Source: Mustelus asterias
Lineage: Eukaryota
DNA length: 64,000 nt
Assembly: GCF_964213995.1 (NCBI RefSeq)
Contig: NW_027590185.1
Span: 62,001 to 126,000 of the forward strand
Reading direction: 5' to 3'
Part shown: in pieces, positions 36,215 to 49,246 of the stretch
Numbering within the stretch: the stretch's first letter is position 1
Layout: the number at the start of each line of letters is the position of its first letter
Made by a program: the position numbers and the translations under genes
The notes under the pieces: model-generated
Databases searched by the model: none
What the model saw: only the letters and a program-made list of their open reading frames with translations
What the model was told of the DNA's origin: nothing

Positions 36215-37190
36215 CATGTTTAATGTGGGGGTGGGGTGAGTGAGAGAGGCTGGTCAGGAATGGATTGGAATCATCCAGTTTAAGGGTAACACGGGTATGG
36301 ATGAGGGTTTCAGCAGCAGGTGGGGTGGAGACAGGCGACATTATGGAGATTGAAATATCTGGGATCAGTGATGGGGTGGAAATGTGGTCAGAAACTCATC
36401 CTGACATCAAATCTGGCACGGAGATTGTGAAGAATGTGGTTCAGCCTCAGACAGTTCCCAGGGAGAGGGATGGACTCAGTAGTTGGGGAATTGTAGTGGT
36501 GACTGATCTTCCCAATTTTTAACTGGAAGGAATTTCTGCTCATCCAGTAGTGTATGTGGGATAAGCAGTTTGTTAATTTAGCAACAGTGGAGGAATGGAG
36601 GGGGATGGGGGTGAGGTAGAGTTGGGTGTTGTCAGTGTACAGGTGAAAACCAACACAGTGCTTTTGGATGATGTCACCTAGTGGCAGCATGTGGATGGGA
36701 AATAGGAGGGGCCAAGGGTAGATCCTCGGGAGACACAAAGTTCAGGGGCTTTGGAGAGGAAAAGGAGGTTGGAGAGGAGGTCAAAGCTTGTTTTTTCAGA
36801 GTGTGTGGTGACAATGTATTTAAAGGTGAGAAGGCGAGGACTAGAAGAGAATGAGAACTGTAAAGAGTATTGATTAATATGGAGGAGGTGAATGGTCAAC
36901 AGCTTCGTAGGAATAAGGTCAATGGAACAGAGTGGGGGATGGGGGAAGGGGGGAGACTGTCATGGACAAGCTGAGGTCTGACAGGACATAAGGGAGAGAT
37001 GGGAGGGAAACTGGAAAAAGATGCGAGTTCCAGACTTAGTGGAGGACAGTTTGGCCGAGTGTGAGAGGGAAGCAGCAGAGGCAGCTGATCAGATTGCCTC
37101 AATCTTAGTGACAAAAAGCTCTTTGAGCTCCTCACACTTGTTGTTGGAGGTGAGGATGTAGGAGACAGGGGAGGGGGTGAGAATTTTAAC
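36215..37190 (-). mobile_element. L2 LINE RT remnant
   Basis: LLFPIHMLPLGDIIQKHCVGFHLYTDNTQLYL (L2-type YADDTQLY), AAETLIHTRVTLKLD. Confidence 0.82.
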
Positions 37191-37374
37191 AGGAACTAAC
37201 TTGTAACAGCTGTTTAAAAGATTCAGCACAGTGTACTTGACACAAACTATTTTTTCAAAGCAAAAATATTAGCCCCTGTAACTGGGCTGGAGTTTAGAAA
37301 TAGGAGCAGAAACAGACCCCAATGAACACGGTTCAGTCCTGGATGTGATTAACAGCAAAATCCAGTCACTGTAG

Positions 37375-38130
37375 TTACACATGAAGTTGCTGGTGTCTCA
37401 GCAGGTAGGATGACCGAGTGAATCCCTTTCCACATTCGGAGCAGGTGAATGGTCTTTTCTTGGTGTGAGTGCGCTGGTGTACAGTGAGTTCAGATGACTG
37501 CCTGAACCCAGTCCCACAGCTGGAGCACCTGAACAGTCTCTCGTCAGAGTGAACTCGCTGATGGCCAATCAGATCCCAGCGTCTTTTATAACACTTCCCA
37601 CAGTCCAGACATTGGAAAGGTCTCTCGTCAGAGTGAACTCGCTGATGGCACATCAGATCCTCAGAACCTTTAAAGCCCTTCCCACACTCCTGACATTTAA
37701 ATGGTCTCTTGTCTGCGTGAACTCGCTGATGTCTCAACATGTTGGATGAATCAGTGAATCCTTTCCCACACTTGGGGCAGGTGAATGGTTTCTCCAAAGC
37801 GTGAATTCGCTGGTGCTTCAACTGGTTGGATAAATCATTGAATCCTTTCCCACACACAGTACAGCTGAATGGCCTCTCCCCAGTGTGAACTCGCCGGTGT
37901 CTCAGCAGGCTGGATAAATCACTGAATCCCTTCCCACACTCGGAGCAAGTCAATGGTTTCTCAGCGTTAGTGCGTTGATGAATTTCCAGCTCAGATGGGG
38001 AACAAAATGACTCCTTCCAAGTGTGAACACATTTATGTTGCGACAAGCCTGAGGATCGACTGAAGCCTCGTCCACACACAGAACAGGTGTATGGTTTCTC
38101 CCCACTCTGAACGGTGCTTTTTCCTTCCAT
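37375..38130 (-). CDS. C2H2 zinc-finger protein (Z7), 8 fingers plus one half-deleted finger
   Basis: aacATGg at 38130 ([16 protein letters not shown]); in-frame deletion removes the Cys half of the WKC finger ([16 protein letters not shown]). Confidence 0.83.
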   Translation of the reverse strand: MEGKSTVQSGEKPYTCSVCGRGFSRSSGLSQHKCVHTWKESFCSPSELEIHQRTNAEKPLTCSECGKGFSDLSSLLRHRRVHTGERPFSCTVCGKGFNDLSNQLKHQRIHALEKPFTCPKCGKGFTDSSNMLRHQRVHADKRPFKCQECGKGFKGSEDLMCHQRVHSDERPFQCLDCGKCYKRRWDLIGHQRVHSDERLFRCSSCGTGFRQSSELTVHQRTHTKKRPFTCSECGKGFTRSSYLLRHQQLHV

Positions 38131-38646
38131 GTTCAATACTCGATGATATTCAGTTACAATAACTTGGGCAACTTTGTCGGATCCTGATGTGATGTTTGGT
38201 TTCCCGTCTCCCTAATACAAACCTTCCCCTTTGAAGACCCTATAAAACTGATTTAAAACAGAAAAGAGTGAGTGAGAGAGAACCCACAAAAACAGGTTGT
38301 GAAATGGAGCTGAATGAATGCAGTAATTTGTGGGGCCGGCACGAGGAAAGAGTGACCATAAAAACTGCTGGATTGTCATATAAAACACAACTGACTCACT
38401 GATGTTCTTCAGGGAAGGGAAGCTGCCACACGGTCTGGGTCTTCACAAGACTCTGTCCTCTTTGAGGGGAGGAAAGTGAGAGGGGATTTGGGAGCAGAAC
38501 AGAGGAGAGGGATTTTATATTTGTACAAATAAACCAGGATTTTAACAGATTCTCCTAAGACCAGGATATCCACACTAACTCCCTGTTGCACCTTGATTGT
38601 CGTCATTGTCAACAGTCCCTCGATTTGAGGATGATATTTATCATCA

Positions 38647-39635
38647 TAGAATCCCTACAGTGCAGGAGGAGGCCATTCGACCCATTGAGTCGACACTGAC
38701 TCTCTGACAGAGTACTTTACCCAGGCCCTCTTGCCCACCCAAGACATTGGTAAGGCCCACACTTGGAATACTGTGTACAGTTCTGGTCACCCTATTATAG
38801 AAAGGATATTATTAAACTAGGAAGAATGCAGAAGAGATTTACTCGGATGCTAACAGGACTTGGTGGTTTGAGTTATAAGGAGAGGCTGGATAGATTGGGA
38901 CTTTTTTCTCTGGAGCGTAGGAAGCTGAAGAGTGATCTTATAGAGGTCTATAAAATAATGAGGGGCATAGATCAGCTAGATCGTCAATATCTTTTCCCAA
39001 AGGTAGGGGAGTCTAAAACTAGAGGGCATAGGTTTAAGGTGAGAGGGGAGAGATACAAAAGGGTTCAGAGGGGCAATTTTTTCACGCAGAGGGTGGTGAG
39101 TGTCTGGAACAAGTTGCCAGAGGTAGTAGTAGAGGCAGGTACAATTTTGTCTTTTAAAAAGCGTTTAGACAGTTACATGGGTAAGATGGGTATAGAGGGA
39201 TATGGGCCAAATGCAGGCAATTGGGACTAGCTTAGGGGTTTAAAAAAAAAGGGCAGCATGGATAAATTGGGCCGAAGGGCCTGTTTCCATGCTGTAAACC
39301 TCTATGACCTATCCCTGTAGCCTCACAGATTTATCTTAGCCAAGTCCCCTTATCTCCACATCTTGGGAAACTAAGGGGAAATTTATCATGGTCAATCCAC
39401 CTAACCTGCACATCTTTGGACTGTGGGGGAGAAACTGGAGCACCCGGAGGAAACCCACGCAGATGCAAGGAAAACATATAAACTCCACAGAATTTCACAG
39501 TAACTTAATTGCAGTGTTAAAGTAAGCTTACTTGTGACACTAATAAATAAATTAACTTAAGTCACCCAAGCCAGGAACTGAAACTGGATCCCTGGCACTG
39601 TGAGGCAGAAGTGCTAACCACTGTGCCACCATGTC
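38647..39635. mobile_element. HE1 SINE (-) split by a young HER1/CR1 3' end (+, ~38742-39308)
   Basis: ORF 38763..39230 is an uninterrupted CR1 C-terminus; SINE halves flank it. Confidence 0.85.
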
Positions 39636-39845
39636 GCTCATGTCTACTTAGGGTTGTGAGTTTCACCATGGTTCTTCATGTGACTGAACAAACCCACAGA
39701 TCTATAAATACTTAGCCAAAAAGATGTCTAGGTTAGCTGGATTCGCCATCCTAAATTGCCCCTTAGCGTCGAAAGATGTGCAGGTTAGGGGGATTGGTGG
39801 GGTTACGGGGATAGAGCGGGCGTAAAATGCTCTGTTGGAGAGAGA

Positions 39846-40156
39846 GTGGCACAGTTGGTTAGCACTGCTGGCTCACAGTGCCAGGGGCCTGGGTTCGATT
39901 CCCAGCTTGGGTCACCTGAGTGGAGTTTGTACATTCTCCCGGTGTCTGTGTGGGTTTCCTCCGGGTGCTCCGGTTTCTTCCTACAATCCAAAGATGTGTG
40001 GATTAGGTGGATTAGCCATGCTAAATTGCCCCTTACTGTCAGGGGGACTAGCTAGGGTAAATGTATAGGGTTATGGGGATAGGTCCTTGATGGGATTGTA
40101 GTTGGTGCAGACTCGATGGCCAAATGGCCTCCTTCTGCTCTGTAGGAATTCTATGA
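39846..40156 (+). mobile_element. HE1-type SINE
   Basis: gtggcacagttggttagcactgct...ggccaaatggcctccttctgctctgtaggaattctatga. Confidence 0.83.
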
Positions 40157-40261
40157 TGCCAGGACGTTCCATGAGGGAGTGGGATTCGGAGAGCAGGTTT
40201 TGCTTCCTTTTCTTTCCTGCTCTGGCACCACTCTGTCTGATCAAGAAGACAGTGGGACTCA

Positions 40262-42012
40262 GAGAACAAAGAAAATTACAGCACAGGAACAGGCCCTTTG
40301 GCTCTCCAAGCCTGCACCGACCATGCTGCCCAACTGAACTAAAACCCCCTACCCTTCCGGGGACCATATCCCTCTATTCCCATCCTATTCATGTATTTAT
40401 CCAGATGCCCCTTAAAATTCACTGTTGTATCTGCTTCCATTACCTCCCCCGGCAGCGAGTTCCAGGCACCCACCACCCTCTGTGGAAAAAAACTTGCCTC
40501 GTACATCTCCTTTAAACCTTGCCCCTTACACCTATGCCCTCTAGTAATTGACTCTTCCATCCTGGGAAAAAGCTTCTGACTATCCACTCTGTCCATGCCC
40601 CTCATAATCTTGTAGACTTCTATCAGGTCTCCCTTCAACCTCGGTCGTTCCAGTGAAAACAAACCAAGTTTCTCCAACCTCTCCTCATAGCTAATGCCCT
40701 CCATGCCAGGTAACATCCTGGTAAATCTTTTCTGTACCCTCTCCAAAGCCTCCACATCCTTCTGGTAGTGTGGTGACCAGAATTGAACACTATACTCCAA
40801 GTGCGGCCTAACTAAGGTTCTATAAAACTGCAACATGACTTGTCAATTTTTAAACTCAATGCCCCGGCTGATGTTACATTTTCTTCAAAATCATTTATAT
40901 ATATTACGAACAGCAAAGGTCCCAGCACTGATCCCTGAGGAACGCCACTTGTCCCAGCTCTCCATTCAGAAACGCACCGTTCCACTGCTACCCTCTGTCT
41001 TCTATGACCGAGCCAGTTCTGTATCCCTTGCCAGTTCACCTCTGATCCCATGCGACTTCACCTTCTGCACCAGTCTGCCACGAGGGACCTTGTCAAAGGC
41101 CTTACTGAAGTCGATGTAGACAACATCCACTGCCCTACCCTCATCAATCATCTTCATCACTTCCTCGAAAAACTCGATCAAGTTAGAGACATGAACGCCC
41201 CTTCACAAAACCAGGTTGCCTCTTGCTAATACATCCACTTATTTCCAAGTGGGAGTAAATCCTGTCTCGAAGAATCCTCTCCAATAATTTCCCTACCATT
41301 GACGTAAGGCTCACCGGCCTGTAATTACCTGGATTAATCTTGCTTCCCTTCTTAAGCAAAGGAACAACATTGGCTATTCTCCAATCCTCTGGGACCTCCT
41401 GTGAGACTTCTTACTGTACCTCCCCTGTAGCCAGTGAGGATACAAAGATTTCCCTCAAGGTCCCAGCAATTTCCTCCCTTGCCTCTCTCAGTATTTTGGG
41501 GTATATCCCATCAGGCCCTGGGGACTTGTCAACCTTAATGTTTCTCAAGAACCCCAATACCTCCTCCTTTTTGATCTGAACATGACTCAAACTATCTATA
41601 CACCCTTTCCCAGATTCATCATCCACCACCAAGTCCTTCTCTTTGGTGAATACTGACGCAAAGTACTCATTTAATACCTCGACCATTTCCTCTGGTTCCA
41701 TGCATAGATTCCCTCCCCTGTCCTTGAGTGGGCCAACTCTCTCCCTGGCTACCCTCTTGCTCTTTATATATGTATAAAAAGCCTTGGAATTTTCCTTAAT
41801 CCTGCTGGCCAATGATTTTTCATGACCCCTTTTATCCCTCCTTACTCCTTGCTTAAGTTTCTTTCTAATTTCCTTGTATTCCACACTTGCTTCGTGTGTT
41901 CCCAGCCTCCTAGCCTTGACAAATGCTTCCTTTTTCTCTTTGACTAGGCTGACAATATCGCTCGTTATCCAAGGGTCCCAAAACTTGCCATACTTATTCT
42001 TCATCCTTACAG
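40262..42012 (-). mobile_element. CR1/HER1 LINE, 5'-truncated with internal deletion
   Basis: ORFs 41411..42076, 40812..41051 and 40339..40836 give PWIT, KSPGPDGIYP, GVPQGSVLGP, LVRPHLEYSVQFW motifs. Confidence 0.92.
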
Positions 42013-42364
42013 GGTTTATGCAGTTTGATGGACAAGTTGTCTCCATTCTGAACAATGAGAAACAAGTTCCTCTCACCGAAGCTCAGTAGCAGCCGTGTGT
42101 ACTATCTACAAGACGCACTGCACGAATTCACCAAAGGTCCTTAGGCAGCACCTTCCAAACACACAACCACTTCCATCTAAAAGGACAAAGGCAACAGAGG
42201 CATGGGAACACCACCAGCTGCAAACTCCCCTCCAAGTCACTCACCATCCTGACTTGGAAATATATCACCGTTCCTTCGCAGTCGCTGGGACAAAATGCTG
42301 GAATTCCCTCCCGACCAGCAGGGTGGATATACCTGCACCACATGGACTGCAGGGGGTTCAGGTC

Positions 42365-43085
42365 ACAAAGGTCGCCGCTCCTGCGCCGTACTGCCCCCTA
42401 CAAATATGGCTTCCGCGCCTGCCTGCTGCTACACTTCGCCCCTGACAAAGATGCCGGCCGCACATGCGCACTGATGGACATTGCCACCGACAGATTGGCG
42501 GCCGTCAGCCCAGGCCCAACGCGACAAGTTGCGCCACTAGTTTGGTACTAACTGGGCGCCCGGGAAGTTATTTTCCGAAGTTTGGATTTGAATAACATGT
42601 TTACGAAGCCTCTCCACCCACCCGCCACATTCATCGCTCTCTACGCGCCGCTCTCCACCTTGAACTAATCTCGGATCCAAACTAAAACCGTCCGTCCGCC
42701 GCCATTACGCACACTGCGCATGCCTCAGACCCTCCCCCATTCACTCTGGTTGGAGGACCACCCGCTCCCGCTCAGTCCTCCAGCCCCGCCCCCTTTACCT
42801 ATTGGCCCGGAGCCGCCGTCAATCAGTCCCGGGCATTGTGACGTTGAGCATGCGCAGTGCGGCTCATGTCCAGGGACAGGCGCTTGTTTGTCTGATCGTC
42901 AGGCGGGAAGGAGGCGGATAAGCGGAGGCAGCGTTAGGGGCAGTGGGTGGGAGGGGAGGCTCCACACACCCAGTGGAGGCTTCAACACCCCCAATAAGGA
43001 ACTAGCGGCACCGCCTCAACACCCAACACAACGGCAGCTGCAGCGCTTTCTCCCGGGGCCAGGCCCCACTGGACAAATGTGGCTT
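42365..43085. promoter_or_regulatory. CpG-island bidirectional promoter of Z7(-)/Z8(+)
   Basis: Dense CpG; NRF1-like gcacatgcgca, tgcgcatgcc and gagcatgcgcag; YY1-like ccgccatt; GC box; ATTGG; 42795-42865 is homologous to 22872-22945. Confidence 0.78.
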
Positions 43086-43299
43086 CAGGAAGGAAATGCA
43101 GCAATGGGTTTGATTTGATTTATTGTCACATGTATTGGGATACAGTGAAAAGTATTGTTTCTTGCGCGGTGTACAGACAAAGCATACTGTTCATAGAGTA
43201 CATAGGGGAGTAGGAAAGGAGAGAGTGCAGAATATAGTGTTACAGTTACAGAAAGGGTGAAGAGAAAGATCAGCTTAATATGAGGTAGGTTCATTCAAA

Positions 43300-44118
43300 A
43301 GGAGGGGGCTTTGGAGAGGGTACAGAAAAGATTTACCAGGATGTTGCCTGGTATGGAGGGTATTAGTTATGAGGAGAGGTTGGAGAAACTTGGTTTGTTC
43401 TCACTGGAAGTCTACAAGATTATGAGGGGCATAGAATCATAGAAACCCTACAGTGCAGAAAGAGGCCATTTGACCCATCGAGTCTGCACCGACCACAATC
43501 CCACCCAGGCCCTACCCCCACACCCCTACATATTTACCCGCTAATCCCTCTAACCTACGCATCTCAGGACACTAAGGGGCAATTTTAGCACGGACCAATC
43601 AACCTAACCCGCACATCTTTGGACTGTGGGAGGAAACCGGAGCACCCGGAGGAAACCCACACAGACACGAGGAGAATGTGCAAACTCCACACAGACAGTA
43701 ACCCAAGCCAGGAATCGAACCCGGGCCCCTGGAGCTGTGAAGCAGTGGTGCTAACCACTGTGCTACCGTGCCGCATGGACAGAGTGGATAGTCAGAAACC
43801 TTTTCCCAGGATGGAAGAGTCACTTACTAGGGGACACAGGTTTAATGTGTGAGGGGCAAGGTTTAAAGGAGATGTATGAGGCAGGTTTTTTACACAGAGG
43901 GTGGTGGGTGCCTGGAACTTGTTGCCGGGGGAGGTAGTGGAAGCAGATATGATGGTTACTTTTAAGGGGCATCTTGACAAATACATGAATAGGATGGGAA
44001 TAGAGGGATATGGTCCCCGGAAGGGTAGGGGGTTTTAGTTCAGTCGGGCAGCATGGTCGGTGCAGGCTTGAAAGGTCGAAGGGCCTGTTCCTGTGCTGTA
44101 ATTTTCTTTGTTCTTTGT
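43300..44118 (+). mobile_element. CR1/HER1 3' end with an HE1 SINE (-, ~43432-43772) inserted
   Basis: Near-identical inverted counterpart of 40262-40750; gcat repeated at both SINE junctions. Confidence 0.87.
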
Positions 44119-44119
44119 T

Positions 44120-44640
44120 TGTAAAAGTCTGGTGGCAGCAGGGAAGAAGCTGTTCTTGAGTCGGTTGGTTTGTGACCTCAGACTTTTGTCTCTTTTTCCC
44201 GATGGAAGAAGAGAGACAAGAGAATGTCCAGGATACGTGGGGTCCTTGATTATGCTGGCTGCTTTTCTGAGGCAATAGGAAATGTAGACAGTGTCAATGG
44301 ATAAGAGGCTGATTTGCGTGATGGACTGGGCCACATTCGCACCCCTTGTAGCTTCTTGCGCTCTTGGTCAGAGCAGCAGCAATACCAAGCTGTGATACAA
44401 CTGGATGGGATGCTTTCTGTGGTGTCCCTGTAAAAATTGGTGAGAGTCGTAGCTGACATGTTGACATGTCGAATTTCCTTCGCCTCCTGAGAAAGTCGAG
44501 GCGTTGGTGGGCTTTCTTAACTAAAGCAGCAGTATAGAGGGACAGGTTGTTGTGATCTGAACACCGAGAAACTTGAGCTCTCAACCATTTCCACTTCGTC
44601 ACCGTTGATGTAGACAGGGCATGTCTTCCACTACATTGCC
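44120..44640 (-). mobile_element. Rex1/Babar LINE fragment
   Basis: VKKAHQRLDFLRRRRKFDMS, TLTNFYRDTTESIPSSCITAWY, TNRLKNSFFPAA. Confidence 0.88.
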
Positions 44641-45496
44641 TGAAATTTTGTATATATTCCAGTGATAGTTGGAAGGAGTCCATGCTGACTCTCTGTACAT
44701 CAATCCACTCAGTCCCATTTCCCCTCCATAACTCTGTTCCCTTTTTAATTCCTTTACACCTATCTGATTTATTTTTCAAATCATTGATCATTTCTGATTC
44801 CACCAAGCACAGAAGCAGTGAGGTCAGGTCGTGACCACTCGTGAATAAAATTGTTCCTCACATCTCCTTTCTATTGCTGATCAAATAATATGTTTAGTAA
44901 TGTGGACATTGGCTAGCAGCCTGCATGAAGATTTTCAGGTCTCTTTGTACTGGACAGGAGCCTGAATCAGCACCTTCAGGAGAATTGGGAGGGTGTGTAT
45001 GAGGTACAGCAGTATGACAATGGGGGGAGAGTGTGTGGGATGGAGATTTACAACTTTGGGGAATGAGAAAGCAAAGAATATTTCATGGAAACTAGAATGG
45101 TCTGTTTTGAATTTCAGTCCTATACTTACACTGATAACTTCTATAAACAGGATATTAGAAGGAGAGAATTTACAGACTGAAATCTCACACCAAACGTCAC
45201 AACAAGATGTTACAAAGTCACTGGATTCATCAGGACCTGAATATAATTGCCGTTTGAGTGTATGAGAAGAAATGTTTGTTCTGTCTGTGGGAAAAGATTT
45301 CAAACATCAGTGTGACTGGACAAGAATGGAGACCCCACACACCTGAGTGAGAGTGTTCCAGTGAACTGACTGTGGAAAGAGTTTCAACCAGTAACACAGC
45401 CTGAAAAACATCACCCCATTCACAGCGAGGAGAAACTGTACATGTGTTCTGTACTTGGATGTGGAATCAACTCATTATCAAAAGGACACTGGCACC

Positions 45497-46339
45497 ATGG
45501 AGAGACCATGGAAATGCGGGGACTGTGGGAAGGGATTCCAGTGCCCATCTGCACTGGACACACATCGACGAGTTCACACTGGGGAGAGGCCGTTCACCTG
45601 CTCCGTGTGTGGGAAGGGATTCAGTATATCAACCACCCTGCTGAGACACCAGCGAGTTCATTCTGGGGAGAGGCCGTTCACCTGCTCCGTGTGTGGGAAA
45701 GGATTCACTCAGTTATCCAGCCTGCTGACCCACCAGCGAGTTCACACCGGGGAGAGGCCTTTCGCCTGCTCAGACTGTGGGAAAGGATTCAGTGATCGTT
45801 CCACCCTGTGGAGGCACCGGCGAGTTCACTCTGGGGAGAGGCCGTTCACCTGCTGTGTGTGTGGGAAGGGATTCAGTCATTCATCCACCCTGCAGACACA
45901 CCGTGTCACCCACACGAATGAGAGACTGTTTAAATGCTCAGACTGTGGGCGTAGCTTCAAAAGCTCTCAGACTCTGATGGGCCACCAGCGCATTCACACT
46001 GAGGACAGACCGTTCAGCTGCTCTTACTGCGTGAAGAGATTTAGAACATCATCCCAACTGCTAATACACCAGCGAGTTCACACTGGGGAGACACCCTTCA
46101 CCTGCTCTGTGTGCAGGAAGGGTTTCAGTTATTCATCCACCCTGTTGGCACACCAGCGAGTTCATACTGGGGAGAGGCCATTCACTTGCTCTGACTGTGG
46201 GAAGGGATTCACTCAGATCTCCAATCTGCTCACACACCAGCGAGTTCACACTGGGGAGAGGCCGTTCAGCTGCTCTGAGTGTGGGAATAGATTTAAACGG
46301 TCGTCTCACCTGCTAAGACACCAGCGAATTCACAAGTGA
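45497..46339 (+). CDS. C2H2 zinc-finger protein (Z8), 10 fingers
   Basis: Kozak ggcaccATGg at 45497 ([10 protein letters not shown]); 10 intact fingers; ends HK*. Confidence 0.88.
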   Translation: MERPWKCGDCGKGFQCPSALDTHRRVHTGERPFTCSVCGKGFSISTTLLRHQRVHSGERPFTCSVCGKGFTQLSSLLTHQRVHTGERPFACSDCGKGFSDRSTLWRHRRVHSGERPFTCCVCGKGFSHSSTLQTHRVTHTNERLFKCSDCGRSFKSSQTLMGHQRIHTEDRPFSCSYCVKRFRTSSQLLIHQRVHTGETPFTCSVCRKGFSYSSTLLAHQRVHTGERPFTCSDCGKGFTQISNLLTHQRVHTGERPFSCSECGNRFKRSSHLLRHQRIHK

Positions 46340-47656
46340 TGACAGGGGTTGGATTCTGCTGTTATTGCTGCTGTTAATCACATCCAGGACTGAACCATGT
46401 TCATTCTGACAGTTGCTGAAGTGAGAGGGTCGGAGGGTTTCTTTCTGCTGGCCTGACCAACCTCACGGCTTTGCTTCCAGTGGGTCGATGCTGTTTGAAT
46501 TTGGGAGTGCACATTTTACTGAGATGATCCACAAACAGGAGGTAAATCGAAAATAAATATATTTGTCTCTGTTCCAGTGAGTCTACAGCACAGGGCCGGG
46601 CCAGTCGGCTCAATTGGTCTGTGTCAGTATTTATGCTCCACATGAGCCTCCACCCACCCCTCTTCATCTCCCCCCATCAGCATATCCTTCTATTCCTTTC
46701 TCCCTCATGTGTGTATCTAGCTTCCTCTTCAATGTATTCATGCTGTTCACCTCAACCACTCGCTGGTCGCGAGTTCCACATTCGCATCATCTTCCTCATC
46801 TCTGGAACCATTCTGGTAAATCTCCTCTCGACTCTCTCAAGGACCCTCACATCCTTCCTAAAGTGTGGTGACCAGAACTGGGCTCAGTATTCTGTTGTGG
46901 CCTCACCAGAGCTTTAGAAACTATCAGAATAACTTCCCTGCTTTTGTTCTCAATTCCCCGATTTCTGAAGCCCAAGATCCAAAATACTCCAAACAAGAAT
47001 ATCGGACCTTTTTGCTTCACATAAAAAGCATTTTAACAACATTCTTAAAATGGCTAAATAAGATTTTGTCCAATGAAGGAACGAGTTGTTGGCACAGAAA
47101 AAAGCCGCTATGAACTTGCTCTCTCCAAAAGAGAATCCAGAATGTTTGAGCCTGGGAAATGGGAGTTAAAAATGAAGCTGCAGCTACAACAGAGCAAGAA
47201 GAAGACATTTCAATGTGGAATTGACTGGAATATTCTCTCTGGATTTAAACAATGGAGGAACTACAAACATGGAAGAAAGTAAAGTTCAAAAGATGAACTC
47301 TGAACAGACTGTTTTCAGAATTGAAAATCCACAACTGAACAGCAATGAGGACTCTTCTCTTGTAGAAGAAACTATAATTATTAAAAATTACTATAATTAC
47401 TGAAAGAAGAAAACTTTCAGAAAACACTGAAACCAATAATATTTTCCATCTTCAGTGGACTGAATTCCTGGACATGGAACCCAGCAGTGTGCTGTTACCA
47501 AGCTGGACTTGTGAATGTGAAGTGGACAATGGAGGGATTATTATGTCTATTGCAGGTTATAAGATAGTTAAACATAGGAAAACATTGGACTTAGGAACAG
47601 GAGTAGGCCATTTGGCCCTTCGAGCCTGTTCCACCATTCGATTAGATCATGGCTGC

Positions 47657-49246
47657 TGTTAAGATATACAGTATGCTTTACATTGTAATATTCTAATTGG
47701 GATATTATAGTGATACATTTTCATTTCTTCCAGGGAATATGTTGTGAAGATCTAGTTTAATAATTCATGATTTTCAGAAGTAAATTAGTTTTGGATTTTT
47801 TTTTAAAAATGTAACAACTGGAAAACCTGGGTTGAGAATCTGACAAAAACACCCTGAGGGAATCCGCAGTCACAAGGTGTGGCCCATGTTGGTTTGAGAA
47901 GTCAAAGCGAGAAGGGTAAGAACAAGTGTAACACGGCAGCTGGGCTCTTTTAGCTGGAGACATTGGGTCTGACAGTTTTTCTCCTGTCTTTGTTCGAGAG
48001 GGGAATTCTTCACGCAGACCTCAGGAAAAAAGGTTTGGTTCTGAAACTAAAAGTTAATTAATTTAAACATCTTTTGGACATCCCAACTGGTCTGTTACCA
48101 TGAGGATAAGTGATTCAGGGTGGTCTTGGTTGGAATTCGGGGTGTTTTTCACAGAAAGCAGGGAGTCTGCAGTTAGCTTGGGAGCTGTGGGAGCGGGAGC
48201 TGTGAACCAGCTGTGGGAGTGGGAGCTGTGAACCAGCTGTGGGACCGGGAGCTGTGAACCAGCTGTGGGAGCGGGAGCTGTGAACCAGCTGTGGGAGCGG
48301 GAGCTGTGAACCAGCTGTGGGACCGGGAGCTGTGAACCAGCTGTCGGAGTGGGAGCTGTGAACCAGCTGTGGGAGCGGGAGCTGTGAACCAGCTGTGGGA
48401 GCGGGAGCTGTGAACCAGCTGTGAGACCGGGAGCTGTGAACCAGCTGTGGGACCGGGAGCTGTGAACCAGCTGTGGGACCGGGAGCTGTGAACCAGCTGT
48501 GGGACCGGGAGCTGTGAACCAGCTGTGGGACCGGGAGCTGTGAACCAGCTGTGGGACCGGGAGCTGTGAACCAGCTGTGGGACCGGGAGCTGTGAACCAG
48601 CTGTGGGACCGGGAGCTGTGAACCAGCTGTGGGAGCGGGAGCTGTGAACCAGCTGTGAGACCAGAAGCCGAGGAGGTCATTAGGAACCATGGGTGTTCCC
48701 AATGTTTAAATCCCTCAGCAAGAAGGCAGTGAAGTCCATGCTTGGATTGAGGAGTCCATGTTTTGAGTCAATTTTGAAATCTCAAAGGAAAGTTGGAGAG
48801 TTGTTTAGCCGAAAGCTAATAGAAGGATCCTCATGAAATCTTGGAGTCTGGAGAATCGCTGGATTACTGAGGAGAATTAAAGTGAATGCTGGGAGCTTTG
48901 ACATACCTTTGGGATTTGTCCCAGGAACAGAAGTGAATGCACATTCAAGATATTAAGTATAAGGGCATTCTTGTCGAGGAGTAAGGGTTTAAAAAGTACA
49001 AAAACTGAAAAATGCTGCAAAATCTCAGCAGGTCTGGCAGCATCTGTAGAGAGTGAAAACAGAGTTCATGTTTTGAGTCAGAACTGAGTTTACAGAATAA
49101 ATCTTTACAAAATATAATTCATCGAGCTGGTTTTTAATATTCTGTTTATATTCAGTGAAGTTTGATTTTGTTTAAAAACCTGGAATCTTGTGATGGGTGT
49201 TTGGATTTCTCACTGAACGTTAATGTTCTCGACCCGAATTATAACA
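47657..49246. mobile_element. Solo LTR candidate containing a 26-bp minisatellite
   Basis: TGTTAAG...TATAACA termini; homologous to 4291-5483. Confidence 0.62.
48195..48662 (+). repeat. 26-bp minisatellite (gggagctgtgaaccagctgtgggacc), 18 units
   Basis: 468 bp / 26; single unit in copy A at ~4948-4972. Confidence 0.96.

Noticed and set aside
48063-48702. Two ~200-aa repetitive minus-strand ORFs
   Set aside because: By-product of a stop-free 26-bp minisatellite.
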